A stretch of 64,000 nucleotides of DNA from an uncultured Verrucomicrobiota bacterium. GTDB lineage: Bacteria > Verrucomicrobiota > Verrucomicrobiia > Chthoniobacterales > JACTMZ01. The position numbers and the translations under genes were made by a program. The notes under the pieces were generated by a model, which was not told where the DNA came from, made no database searches, and was given only the letters and a program-made list of their open reading frames with translations. Where the stretch lies: assembly GCA_903953565.1 (NCBI GenBank), contig CAJBKE010000059.1, forward strand, positions 15,923 through 79,922, in the 5' to 3' direction. Shown in pieces: positions 28,546 through 37,913 of this stretch; positions within the stretch are counted from its first letter, which is position 1, and every line of letters starts with the position of its first letter.

Positions 28546-28584
28546 CCGTTGCAGTGCGGGCATCGCCGAACATTGAACGCGTAA

Positions 28585-28652
28585 GGTGGATCGCGCCGTC
28601 CCGGCGCGATTGGCTCTGCTTGAAAATCGCGATAGGGACATCGCGATCCACC
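28585..28652. repeat. nested-palindrome intergenic element, copy B
   Basis: GGTGGATCGCGCCGTCCCGGCGCGAT...ATCGCGATAGGGACATCGCGATCCACC. It lies in a convergent gene gap. Confidence 0.85.
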
Positions 28653-28665
28653 CCAAAGGACCGCG

Positions 28666-29955
28666 CTACCCGCCCTGCAGTCCGCTGATGATGCTGATCA
28701 GCGGGAGGAAGAGCGCGATGACGATAGTGCCGACCACCACGGCAAGGAAGACGATCATGATCGGTTCGAGCAGCGAGGTGAGTCCGGCTACGGTATTGTC
28801 CACCTCGTCATCGTAGACATCGGCGACTTTGAGCAGCATTTCGGGCAACTGACCGGTCTCTTCGCCGACGTCGATCATGCTCACCACCATGGGCGGGAAG
28901 ATGCCGCTTTTTTCCAGCGGCGAGACAATGGATTCACCTTCCTTGACGCTGTCGTGCACCTTCTGGATGGCGTTGGACAAAACAACGTTGCCCGCGGTAT
29001 CGCGCGTGATGTTGAGCGCCTGCAGGATGGGAACGCCGCTGGTGACCAGAGTGCCGAGCGTGCGGCTGAAACGCGAAATGGCGCTCTTCTTGATCAGGTC
29101 CCCGAAGAGCGGCACCCGCAGCTTGATCGCGTCAATGATGGCCAATCCCTTTTCGGTGCGTCCGGCAAGACTGTAGGCGACAACGACAACGATCACCGCA
29201 CCCAGGATCATATACCACTGGTTTTGGAAGAAACGGCTGGTGCCGATGACGAACTCGGTGAGCGCGGGCAGAGGCTTGCCACCGAGCATGTCGGCAAAGA
29301 TCTGCTCGAACTTGGGCACAATGTAGACGAGCAGGAAGGCCATGATGGCGACCGCGATGACCAGCACGATCATCGGGTAGAACATGGCGGAGACGACTTT
29401 GTTCTTCAGCTTCTGCGCCTTCTCCTGGAAATCGGCCAGACGGACGAGGACAAGCTCCATGACACCGCCAAGTTCGCCGGCTTTCACCATGTTGATGTAA
29501 AGCTTGTTGAAAATTTTCGGATGCTGAGCGAGGCCGTCGGAAAAAGTGCTGCCTCCCTGCACGGAGTCGGCCAGCTTTCCGATCGTCTTGCGCAGCACCG
29601 GGTCGGGTTCCTGCTTGCCGAGCACATTGAGACCACGCAGCAGCGGGAGGCCTGAGTCGATCAGCGTGGCCAGCTGGCGGGTGAAGATCATCAGCGTCTT
29701 CGGCTTAATCGTCTTCCGCTCGAGGAACGGAATGCTGATGTTGATGTCCTTCTTGAGACCGGCTGCTTTCGCCTTGGGCGCTTTGGCCGTTTTACCGCGG
29801 GCCGCTTTGGCCGCCTTTCCCGCCTCCATCACGCTCGTCGGGTAGTAGCCCGCTTGGCGCAAGGCAGCGATCGCTTCGTTTTCGTTACCGGCTTCGAGCG
29901 TGTCGCTCACTTCCTGGCCGCGGGCATCAAGAGCGGTGTAGGCGTAGCTGGGCAT
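28666..29955 (-). CDS. type II secretion / type IV pilus platform protein (GspF/PilC family)
   Basis: 429 aa with a duplicated GspF domain architecture. N-terminus MPSYAYTALDARGQEVSDTLEAGNENEAIAALRQAGYYP and three TM blocks. Confidence 0.9.
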   Translation of the reverse strand: MPSYAYTALDARGQEVSDTLEAGNENEAIAALRQAGYYPTSVMEAGKAAKAARGKTAKAPKAKAAGLKKDINISIPFLERKTIKPKTLMIFTRQLATLIDSGLPLLRGLNVLGKQEPDPVLRKTIGKLADSVQGGSTFSDGLAQHPKIFNKLYINMVKAGELGGVMELVLVRLADFQEKAQKLKNKVVSAMFYPMIVLVIAVAIMAFLLVYIVPKFEQIFADMLGGKPLPALTEFVIGTSRFFQNQWYMILGAVIVVVVAYSLAGRTEKGLAIIDAIKLRVPLFGDLIKKSAISRFSRTLGTLVTSGVPILQALNITRDTAGNVVLSNAIQKVHDSVKEGESIVSPLEKSGIFPPMVVSMIDVGEETGQLPEMLLKVADVYDDEVDNTVAGLTSLLEPIMIVFLAVVVGTIVIALFLPLISIISGLQGG

Positions 29956-30036
29956 GGGGAGAGTAACCGACGGGTGCGGAGAAAGGTTGAGAATTACGCG
30001 GCGGGACCGGTTTCTCCAAGAGTAAAAACGGCGCGA

Positions 30037-30648
30037 TCAAGCGCGAACGAACGGATTTCCCCGCGCCTCCGCCGCAACCGTGGTGGACGGACCGTGACCC
30101 GGCCAGACAACGGTGTCGCCCGGTAGCTTGAGGATTTTCTCGCGGATGCCCCGGACCAGAAGTTCGCCATCGCCGCCGGGCAGGTCCCATCGCCCGATGC
30201 CACCGCAGAAAAGCACATCACCGCCGACCAAGGCCCCGTGTTGAGGGAAGTGGAAGCACAGGCTTCCCGGACAATGCCCCGGCACATCGAGGACATCCGC
30301 GGACAATCCGAGCAAATCCTGCCCCGCCCCCTCCCCGAGCAAACCATCGGGCACAAGGGGTTCGATTCGCAGAGGAAATCCGAGCCGCTCGAAAAAATCC
30401 CCATCACTCACCATGGGCACCGTATCCGCATGGCACAGCACCCGGCAGCCATGGCGGCGCTTGATCGCAGCCGCATCAGCCGTGTGGTCCCAGTGACCAT
30501 GGGTCAGAACAAGAAGGTCGATCCGCTCGCCGGCAAAGTGTTCATCCGCCCCTTCCGGCGCATCGAAAAGGATGTTCCCGCCCGGCGCTTCGACCAGAAA
30601 ACAGTTGGTTTCGTAGGGGCCTCCAGTGAAAGTTTTGAACTTAAGCAT
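30037..30648 (-). CDS. MBL-fold metallo-hydrolase (glyoxalase II-like)
   Basis: HxHxDH motif LVLTHGHWDHTAD; 203 aa. Confidence 0.85.
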   Translation of the reverse strand: MLKFKTFTGGPYETNCFLVEAPGGNILFDAPEGADEHFAGERIDLLVLTHGHWDHTADAAAIKRRHGCRVLCHADTVPMVSDGDFFERLGFPLRIEPLVPDGLLGEGAGQDLLGLSADVLDVPGHCPGSLCFHFPQHGALVGGDVLFCGGIGRWDLPGGDGELLVRGIREKILKLPGDTVVWPGHGPSTTVAAEARGNPFVRA

Positions 30649-30725
30649 AGCTGTTAGGTCGAACCTACGTGCCTCATTTTACTTGCGCAACCCGTCAGGG
30701 ACGGCGACCTGTAGGGATTCTCCGG

Positions 30726-33047
30726 ATGAAGAACTTACAGCTACCCGTCTTGCTGCTCGCCGCTCTTTTGTCGGCCACCTCCCCATCGGTTGCCGCCAAA
30801 GAAGAGCCGAAGGACGAAACACGCATGGGCGAAGTCGCCCAAACCGTGGCCCGCATGCTGGAAAGCGCCCACTACAACCGCGCCCGCCTCAACCAGGAGG
30901 TCGAGCCCGGCGTGACCCAGGCACGGAAAGCCCTCGACCGCTACCTCGAACTTCTCGATTACAACCGCCTCTTCTTCACCCAAGAGGACATCGACGAATT
31001 CACCTCCAAGCACGGCGAATGGCTCCACGAGGACATCCTCGGCGGCAACCTCAAACCCGCATACGACATTTACGACCGCTTCCTCCAGCGCGTGAAGACC
31101 CGCGTGGAAAAAATCAACGCACTCCTCGACCAAGGCTTCACCTTCGACACTGACCGCACCGCACAGATCAACCGCGACAAGGAACCATGGCCGGCCAACG
31201 AGGCCGAGGCCGACAAAATCTGGTCCGCCCGGCTCGAGGCCGAACTCCTTCAACTCACCCTCGCCGAGAAGGCGATGGAAGATGCGGCCGCAAAACGCCG
31301 CGACAAGGCCGCGGAGGAGGCGAAGTCCGGCGAGAACAAAAATGCCGAACCCGCCGCCGCGGTCGCTTCCGGCAATGCTCCCAAGCGCACTCCGGTCGAA
31401 ACCATCCGTAAGCGCTACGAGCGCCTCTACAAATCCGTGCAGGAAGAAAACCGCGAAGACCAGGCCTCCACCTTCCTCTCGGCCCTTGCCCAAAGCTACG
31501 ATCCCCACTCGGAATACATGAGCCAGCGCGAGCTGGATAATTTCAATATCCAGATGGGCTTGTCCCTCGTCGGCATCGGCGCGGTGCTGCGCAGCGAGGA
31601 CGGCTACGCCAAGATTGTCGAACTCGTGCCGGGCGGTCCCGCTTCCCGCGGCGCGGAACTCAAGGTCAACGACCGCATCGTTGCCGTTGCTCAGGGGGAC
31701 GAGGAATTCGAGGATGTCGTCGACATGAAGCTCGACCGCGTCGTCGAACGCATCCGCGGAAAGAAAGGCACCACTGTGCGTCTGCAGGTTCTTCCCGCAG
31801 CCTCGGTCGACCCCTCCAAAGTCGATGTCATCACCATCGTGCGCGACGAAGTCCAACTCAAGGACCAGGAGGCCAAAGCGCAGGTCATCGATACCATCGA
31901 TGCCGACGGACGCGACACCCGCGTCGGCTGGATCACCTTGCCCAGTTTTTACGCCAGCATGAACCAGAGCGGCCAAGCCGAACGCAGCACGACGAAAGAT
32001 GTCGCCGCCCTGCTCGGTCGACTGAAGAAAGAAAATATCGAAGGCCTGGTCGTCGACCTGCGACGCGACACCGGCGGCTCGCTCGACGAAGCCATCCGCA
32101 TGACCGGCCTCTTCATTCCCAAAGGCCCCGTCGTGCAGGTCAAGGATACCAACGGCAACATCAACCCGATGAACGATTCCGATCCCGGCGTGATGTGGGA
32201 AGGTCCGCTCATCGTTCTCATGAACCGCCTCAGCGCCTCGGCCAGCGAGATTTTCGCCGCCGCCCTGCAGGACTACGGACGCGCGGTCATCGTCGGTGAC
32301 GAGCAAAGCTTCGGCAAAGGAACCGTGCAGACGCTCATCGAAGTGCAGCGCTTCATGCCCTTCTTTGCGCAGGTCCGCGAGGCCGGCGCGGTCAAACTGA
32401 CCATTCAAAAATACTACCGCGTGAAAGGCGGCTCGACCCAATTGCGCGGCGTGGCTTCTGACATCGTGTTGCCCTCCCTCACCGATCACGACGATGTCGG
32501 CGAAGGATCCGCCGACAACCCGCTGGCCTACGACGAGGTCCCCGCCCGCCGTTTCACACCGTTCGGAAACATCGCGGCCACCGTGCCCCGCTTGCGTTCC
32601 GCCAGCGAAGCCCGCATCGCGACCAATCCCGAATTCGACCACATCCGCGAGGACTTCAAACGCCTGCGCACCCGCATCGATGAAAATGCGGTCAGCCTGA
32701 ACCAAGCCGAACGCCTCGCCGAGATCGAGGAAGAAAAGGCCCGCCGCGAAGCCCGCATCGCCGAGCGCAAAGAGCGCGGCACGCCCGAGGCCTATGCCAT
32801 GGAGTTGACCCTCGACAAAGTCGACGCTCCCGAACTGCAGAAGGTCGCTCTCGATAAACCCCCGAAGCCTTCCCACGGGGAGGCCGAGGACTCGGAGGAT
32901 CCGGCCGCGCCCGATGAGGAAGAGCCTTTCGTTGATCCGGTGCGGGACGAAGCGCTGCTCATCATGCAGGATTATATCCGCCTACTCGGACCCGAACCGG
33001 TCACCGCAAAAGCCGCGGCAACCGGCAACGCCCCGGCCACGCCTTGA
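30726..33047 (+). CDS. prc: tail-specific (C-terminal processing) protease, S41 family
   Basis: Signal peptide MKNLQLPVLLLAALLSATSPSVAA, a PDZ region, Ser box NRLSASASEIFAAAL and Lys box SFGKGTVQT. Start ATG 30726. Confidence 0.88.
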   Translation: MKNLQLPVLLLAALLSATSPSVAAKEEPKDETRMGEVAQTVARMLESAHYNRARLNQEVEPGVTQARKALDRYLELLDYNRLFFTQEDIDEFTSKHGEWLHEDILGGNLKPAYDIYDRFLQRVKTRVEKINALLDQGFTFDTDRTAQINRDKEPWPANEAEADKIWSARLEAELLQLTLAEKAMEDAAAKRRDKAAEEAKSGENKNAEPAAAVASGNAPKRTPVETIRKRYERLYKSVQEENREDQASTFLSALAQSYDPHSEYMSQRELDNFNIQMGLSLVGIGAVLRSEDGYAKIVELVPGGPASRGAELKVNDRIVAVAQGDEEFEDVVDMKLDRVVERIRGKKGTTVRLQVLPAASVDPSKVDVITIVRDEVQLKDQEAKAQVIDTIDADGRDTRVGWITLPSFYASMNQSGQAERSTTKDVAALLGRLKKENIEGLVVDLRRDTGGSLDEAIRMTGLFIPKGPVVQVKDTNGNINPMNDSDPGVMWEGPLIVLMNRLSASASEIFAAALQDYGRAVIVGDEQSFGKGTVQTLIEVQRFMPFFAQVREAGAVKLTIQKYYRVKGGSTQLRGVASDIVLPSLTDHDDVGEGSADNPLAYDEVPARRFTPFGNIAATVPRLRSASEARIATNPEFDHIREDFKRLRTRIDENAVSLNQAERLAEIEEEKARREARIAERKERGTPEAYAMELTLDKVDAPELQKVALDKPPKPSHGEAEDSEDPAAPDEEEPFVDPVRDEALLIMQDYIRLLGPEPVTAKAAATGNAPATP

Positions 33048-33115
33048 TCCGGGACGCCAAGCTGCGCGCCCCACGCTGGACAACTCTCGCGCATTTGCAT
33101 AGCGTCGCTATCGCT

Positions 33116-33271
33116 ATGAGCAAACTAGTTCTACTCCTCGTCGGAGCCGCTCTTATGTGCGGCTTGAGTGCATGCAACACCGTCAGCGGCGTCGGCCAAG
33201 ACGTCAGCAACGTCGGACGCGATGTCTCCTCCGGAGCACGCAGCGTCCAGCGCTCGATCGAAAACAACTGA
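33116..33271 (+). CDS. entericidin EcnA/B-family small lipoprotein (51 aa)
   Basis: MSKLVLLLVGAALMCGLSAC with lipobox LSAC, followed by NTVSGVGQDVSNVGRDV, typical of entericidins. Confidence 0.75.
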   Translation: MSKLVLLLVGAALMCGLSACNTVSGVGQDVSNVGRDVSSGARSVQRSIENN

Positions 33272-33281
33272 CCCCGTCGAC

Positions 33282-33300
33282 AACGCGGCCCTGCCGCGTT
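33282..33300 (+). terminator. hairpin downstream of the entericidin gene (AACGCGG-CCCTG-CCGCGTT)
   Basis: A 7-bp perfect stem 11 nt after the stop codon. There is no clear U-tract, so the assignment is weak. Confidence 0.3.
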
Positions 33301-33316
33301 AATCTCCCCTGACTTT

Positions 33317-33389
33317 GCTCCCGTAGCTCAGGGGATAGAGCAGTAGATTTCTAATCTATTGGTCGCAGGTTCGAATCCTGCCGGGAGCG
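33317..33389 (+). tRNA. tRNA-Arg (anticodon TCT)
   Basis: Hand-folded cloverleaf: acceptor GCTCCCG/CGGGAGC, D arm GCTC..GAGC, anticodon loop TT-TCT-AA, T arm GCAGG-TTCGAAT-CCTGC. Confidence 0.9.
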
Positions 33390-33449
33390 CACTCGCTTCC
33401 CCTTTGCTCCCCCCGTCCTGCTCATGCGGCCCCGCCGGACCCGAGCCGC

Positions 33450-35162
33450 CTAAATCCCCGCCGGTTCGGCCGTGTGGTCGAGATGGAGAATGCCGAGTGC
33501 TCGCTTGATCAACGCGCGACCGCTCTCCTGCTCGTCAAGCACCACGATGTCAGCGCCAATCTCGGCCAGACGCTCCGCTTCAGGGCGAAACTTGGTCCGC
33601 GCCATCACGGCGATGACCGGATTTTTTTCCCTGACGTAACCGAGCGCCGCCTCGACAGCCGGCGTGGCCGGGAAAGTGAAGGCGACCAACCTCGCGCGAT
33701 CGACGCCGCACAAGTCCCACACCTCCCGCTGCGCGGCATCGGCGAAAAGTGCCGGTTGTCCCGCGCTCTGCAACGTGCGGATCGTCGCGGCGTTCAAATC
33801 GACAACGAGCGAAGGCACGCCCTGCGCGGCCAAAGCCTGCACCAAGGCCTCTCCGACCGGGCCGTAGCCGCAGACGATCGCGTGGTTGGTCAGATCCACC
33901 GTTCCGCGCGGCTGACTCTCGAGCCTCGGCCTCATGCGTAGCACGTTGGGAAATCTCGACTCGAGCCACTGACCAAGTGGTTGGGCGAAACGCATGAGAA
34001 CGGGCACCATCGCCATGGAGAGCGCCATGGCGGCGAGCAGCGGCTGTTCGATGTCGGCGGACCAACTGGTTATTTCCGAGGTCTTCCCCATGAGCACGAG
34101 AGAAAACTCGCCCGCGCTGCCCAGTCCGATACCCGCCACGGAGGCCGCGCGCCAACTCAGCCCCAGAAATCTGGCGAGAAGGGCAACAACGAGACATTTG
34201 CCGATAATCAAGCCCGCAGCGACCGACAGCACCAACACCCAGTTACTCCAAAGCGGAGCCAGTTCGATGCCGAGGCCGACCGAAACGAAGAAAATCGTGA
34301 GGAACAGATCCTTGATCGGCGCAACGTCGGAAAGAATACGGTGCTTGTACATGCACTCGCTGACCGCGAGGCCGGCCACAAAAGCCCCGAGGACCACGCT
34401 CAAGCCCATCAACGCGGCGAGAAACGCCACGCCCATGCACAGGCCTGCAACGGTCAGGGTGAAAAGCTCGCGGCTCTTGGTCATTGCCACGGTGTGCAGC
34501 AGGTGAGGAATGACGAAACGCGCGAGCAACACCGCGATCCCGACGAAAGCCACGCCCTTGGCCACCACGCCGATGAGCGCCGGCCCGAGCTCCTGCGGGC
34601 CCGGTCCGGAAGCGATCAAGGCAGGCAATATGACGAGGAAGACGATCACAAAGATGTCCTGGAAGATGGCGATACCGAGCGCCAGCCGCGCCCCCGAACT
34701 CGCGGCAATTCCCATGTCTTGGTACATCTTCACACTGATCGCGGTCGAACTCAGGGCACAGGCCACCGCCACCACAACAACCTGCGTCCAAGGAAGTCCG
34801 AAATACGCCCAAGTCGCCGCGCCGGCGGCCAGCATGGTGACGGCCATTTGCAGACCGCCGCCGGTGAAGGCGTAACGCCGCAGGTGCTTCAGCTCGCTCA
34901 GGGAAAATTCCATGCCGAGCACGAAAAGCAGCAGCATCACCCCGTAATTCGACATCGTGGTCACCGTCTCCCTCGCCGAATCACCCGCCACCGACTCGAG
35001 CAAACCCGTGTTCGCGATGGCCACACCGCAGAGAAAATAGGCGATGAGCAGCGACTGCCGCAGGTGGACCAAAACCAGCGATGCCATCACCACCCCCACC
35101 AGCATCAGAGCCAAAAGAGAAAACATCGGGCTGATGTCCGCGCTCGCCAGCAACATAGTCAC
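33450..35162 (-). CDS. CPA2-family cation:proton antiporter with C-terminal RCK/TrkA-N domain (KefB/KefC-like)
   Basis: About 12 TM segments followed by the Rossmann motif AIVCGYGPVGEAL. Confidence 0.85.
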   Translation of the reverse strand: MTMLLASADISPMFSLLALMLVGVVMASLVLVHLRQSLLIAYFLCGVAIANTGLLESVAGDSARETVTTMSNYGVMLLLFVLGMEFSLSELKHLRRYAFTGGGLQMAVTMLAAGAATWAYFGLPWTQVVVVAVACALSSTAISVKMYQDMGIAASSGARLALGIAIFQDIFVIVFLVILPALIASGPGPQELGPALIGVVAKGVAFVGIAVLLARFVIPHLLHTVAMTKSRELFTLTVAGLCMGVAFLAALMGLSVVLGAFVAGLAVSECMYKHRILSDVAPIKDLFLTIFFVSVGLGIELAPLWSNWVLVLSVAAGLIIGKCLVVALLARFLGLSWRAASVAGIGLGSAGEFSLVLMGKTSEITSWSADIEQPLLAAMALSMAMVPVLMRFAQPLGQWLESRFPNVLRMRPRLESQPRGTVDLTNHAIVCGYGPVGEALVQALAAQGVPSLVVDLNAATIRTLQSAGQPALFADAAQREVWDLCGVDRARLVAFTFPATPAVEAALGYVREKNPVIAVMARTKFRPEAERLAEIGADIVVLDEQESGRALIKRALGILHLDHTAEPAGI

Positions 35163-35201
35163 AGTCTGAAGGCAAACAAAGTCTGGGGCAAACCCGCAGG
35201 C

Positions 35202-36449
35202 TCAGCGATCGGCACCTGGAGTCATGCGCACCGTGCGCAGCACGAGCAGGCCGGCAACGAAAAAGACGAGCGTCGAGGCCACCGCAACCCGCAGGTCGAA
35301 GACATCGGCCAGCACGCCGATGAAGAGCGGACCGACGATCGCGGCGAATTTTCCGAAGACGCCCCAGAATCCGAAAAATTCCGCAGCCCGCTCCCGGGGC
35401 GAAAGCAGCGACACCACCGCACGGCTTCCCGCTTGGCACGATCCGATGGCCAGCCCGGCAAGATTGCCGACGACAAAAAACATTTCCTTCGACTGGCAAA
35501 AGTAGGCGCCGACCGCCACCGCGCACCACAGGATGAGCGCAGCGGTCAGCATGTTGATCGAGCCCGCGCGGTCCTGCCACCATCCGAAAAGCAAGGCACC
35601 GACCGCGCTGCTGATCTGGAGCGAGGCGAAAAGCATGAGGTTCTGCGCCGTGGTGAAGCCGAGCACGCGCTCGGAGTAGATGGCCGCAAAGGCCACCACT
35701 GCGCCCAGTCCGCACATGTAAAAAAAGAATGAGACCAGAAATTTGAGCAATTCCCGGTGCCGCGGCAAATCCCGCGCCGCGTGCCCGATACTCTCCCATC
35801 CGAGACGCCACCACGATCCGGCATGCGGCTCGGGCTGCTTGCGCTCGCGCAGGAGGAGGAGCACGGGGACTGTCGCCGCGAACATGAAGAGCGCGGTGAC
35901 CACGAAGACCCACTGCAGCCGATCCGGCACAAAATGGATCACGCCCATGGACAGCCCCAGCGCACCCAATCCTCCGAGATACCCGAAGCTCCACCCATAA
36001 CCCGAGATACGACCGCAGTTTTCCGGCGTGCTCAGCTCGCTGAGGAAACTCGCGCAGAAATTTTCCCCGAAGGAGAACGCGGCATAAGCCACGATGACCA
36101 GCGCGGCTGCGAGCCACACCGTCCCGGGTCCGGTGAACCACAGCGCTGACGTGGCCGAAGCACAGATCCACATCATGGCGAGAAGGAATCTTTTCTTCGA
36201 AGCCGTGACATCCGCCATCACCCCGAGCGCCGGACCAAAGACAATGACCACCGCCTGCGAAACCGCGAGGATCACACTCCATAACGTGTTCGCCGCCGAC
36301 GAATCTGCCGCGATCACCCCTGTGAAAAACGGCCCGAAGACCACCGTGATGACCACCGTGACAAACGCCGAGTTGGCGAAGTCATAACAACACCACCCAA
36401 ATACCTCCCGCCGCCGCACCGGCGGACTCATGCGCGGAAGATCCTTCAC
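35202..36449 (-). CDS. MFS transporter, UMF1 / Atg22-like family
   Basis: N-terminus VFGWCCYDFANSAFVTVVITVVFGPFF is characteristic of UMF1. GTG start at 36449 (ATG 36431 is an alternative). Confidence 0.8.
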   Translation of the reverse strand: MKDLPRMSPPVRRREVFGWCCYDFANSAFVTVVITVVFGPFFTGVIAADSSAANTLWSVILAVSQAVVIVFGPALGVMADVTASKKRFLLAMMWICASATSALWFTGPGTVWLAAALVIVAYAAFSFGENFCASFLSELSTPENCGRISGYGWSFGYLGGLGALGLSMGVIHFVPDRLQWVFVVTALFMFAATVPVLLLLRERKQPEPHAGSWWRLGWESIGHAARDLPRHRELLKFLVSFFFYMCGLGAVVAFAAIYSERVLGFTTAQNLMLFASLQISSAVGALLFGWWQDRAGSINMLTAALILWCAVAVGAYFCQSKEMFFVVGNLAGLAIGSCQAGSRAVVSLLSPRERAAEFFGFWGVFGKFAAIVGPLFIGVLADVFDLRVAVASTLVFFVAGLLVLRTVRMTPGADR

Positions 36450-36463
36450 TGAAAACGGGGCGG

Positions 36464-37066
36464 TTAAAACCCGTTTTCCAGAACGACCTCGTCGTAGGCC
36501 AGTTGCCCGGGTCGCGGCCAGGAATCTTGCATCTTCTTGCCGATAGCGATCATGAAGGAGATGACCATGCCTTCACGGAGCTTGAGAATTTTGCCGACGG
36601 CGTCGTAGTCGAAGCCATCCATCGGGCAGGTGTCATAGCCCATCGCTTTGGCCGCGAGCATGATAGTCTGGCCCGCCATGCCGCAGGACCGCATGGCTTC
36701 GTCGCGCTGCACTTGGGGCTTGCCTTCGTAATATTGCTTGATGGCCGGCACGAGAAACTCCTGCACCGGTTGCGGGGCGTTGCGCCAATAGCGTTGCGGA
36801 TCTTGTTTCCATGCATCGAGATTCCCGCAGAGAACGACGAGCATCGAGGCATCGGTCACTTGGGTCTGATCCCACGCCACGGCGCGGATTTGTTTGCGAA
36901 TCTCCATGTCACGCACAATGACGAAGCGCCAATTCTGGATATTGAAAGCGGTGGGCGAAAGCATGGCCGACTCGAGCAGTTGCCGTTCCTCGTGGGCGGA
37001 CATTTTGTGGTTCGGGTCGTAGTGTTTGATTGCGCGGCGGCCTTTGATTGCTTCGAAGATATCCAT
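36464..37066 (-). CDS. nitroreductase-family protein
   Basis: MDIFEAIKGRRAIKHYD...PTAFNIQNWRFVIV; start ATG 37066. Confidence 0.85.
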   Translation of the reverse strand: MDIFEAIKGRRAIKHYDPNHKMSAHEERQLLESAMLSPTAFNIQNWRFVIVRDMEIRKQIRAVAWDQTQVTDASMLVVLCGNLDAWKQDPQRYWRNAPQPVQEFLVPAIKQYYEGKPQVQRDEAMRSCGMAGQTIMLAAKAMGYDTCPMDGFDYDAVGKILKLREGMVISFMIAIGKKMQDSWPRPGQLAYDEVVLENGF

Positions 37067-37162
37067 GGCGACGATTATGAACCGCCGCCAACCCGCCGGC
37101 AACCCGCCAAAAAGCATTGCAGCAACGAGGCGCCCACGCTTTATTTTCCTTTCCGACCCAAC

Positions 37163-37237
37163 GCGCGGTTAGCTCAGTGGTAGAGCACCTCCCTGACACG
37201 GAGGGGGTCACAGGTTCGAACCCTGTATCGCGCACCA
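37163..37237 (+). tRNA. tRNA-Val (anticodon GAC), CCA encoded
   Basis: Acceptor GCGCGGT/ATCGCGC, anticodon stem CCTCC/GGAGG with loop CT-GAC-AC, T arm ACAGG-TTCGAAC-CCTGT, terminal ACCA. Confidence 0.9.
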
Positions 37238-37256
37238 CTTTTCCCATCCGCGCCCC

Positions 37257-37865
37257 ATGCCGCTTTTCGTCAGCAAAAACGGGCAAACCTTCGGGCCGCA
37301 CGAGCCGGAGGAAGTCGCGATTTTTCTGGGCACGGGTGATTTCCTGCCCGAGGACTTTTGCTGGCAGGAAGGATGGCCCGAATGGCGTCCCATCTCCTCG
37401 GTTTTGCCGGACCGTCCGCTCCCCGCCCAACCCCACGCAGTAGCCGACGCGCCGCCCATGGCGAGTCCCCCGCCGCCGCAAAGCAACGGCCACATACCCG
37501 CGGACATCGAGATCATCGGCACGCTCAAGCTACCGGACGAACGCGCTGTGACCTGCCGCGTGGAGGGAGAGATCCAAAGTCCTTCTACCGTGATCATCCC
37601 TCGTGGCGTCCGGGTGAAAGCCTGCATCAAGGCCGAGTCGGCGGTCATCTTCGGAACGGTCGAGGGAGACGTCCAAGTGACGGGACGCGCCGTGCTGAAA
37701 AGTTCCTCCACCTTGCACGGCGATATCCGGGCGGCACGCGTGCTGGTCGAAGAGGGCGCAACCTTCAACGGCAAGTCGCACGTCAATCCCGGGGGCACCG
37801 CAGTTCAGAAAAACGCCGCGCCATCACGCAAAACGCCCGAGCCAACGAAAAAGCGGACATCGTAG
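37257..37865 (+). CDS. GYF_2-domain / bactofilin fusion protein
   Basis: The N-terminus GQTFGPHEPEEVAIFLGTGDFLPEDFCWQEGWPEWRPISSV is GYF_2-like. After a Pro-rich linker comes the bactofilin repeat pattern (IIGTLKL...VEGEI...IFGTVEGDVQVTGRAVL...LHGDIRAARVLVEEGATFNG). Confidence 0.75.
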   Translation: MPLFVSKNGQTFGPHEPEEVAIFLGTGDFLPEDFCWQEGWPEWRPISSVLPDRPLPAQPHAVADAPPMASPPPPQSNGHIPADIEIIGTLKLPDERAVTCRVEGEIQSPSTVIIPRGVRVKACIKAESAVIFGTVEGDVQVTGRAVLKSSSTLHGDIRAARVLVEEGATFNGKSHVNPGGTAVQKNAAPSRKTPEPTKKRTS

Positions 37866-37913
37866 TCCGCGCGCAGTCCTCCACGAAGGCCGCGCCCCCA
37901 CACTTCCCGCGCT

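Noticed and set aside
30741-32876. 711-aa minus-strand ORF
   Set aside because: It is antisense to the S41 tail-specific protease gene. Its Gly/Ala/Asp-rich composition is a shadow of a GC3-rich gene.
33317-33389. Genomic island or prophage integrated at tRNA-Arg, tRNA-Val (37163-37237) or tRNA-Cys (48104-48175)
   Set aside because: I found no integrase, no duplicated tRNA 3' segment (att site) and no phage-like genes next to any of the three tRNAs. The flanking genes are ordinary transport and housekeeping functions.
33981-35732. 583-aa plus-strand ORF
   Set aside because: It is antisense to the Kef-type antiporter and MFS transporter genes. It is extremely Arg/His/Gln-rich and not protein-like.
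36451-36478. Hairpin GAAAACGGG...CCCGTTTTC between the nitroreductase and MFS genes as an attenuator or terminator
   Set aside because: It overlaps the nitroreductase stop codon and lies only 14 nt from the next start on the same strand. There is no U-tract beyond the stem, and the evidence is too weak for a call.
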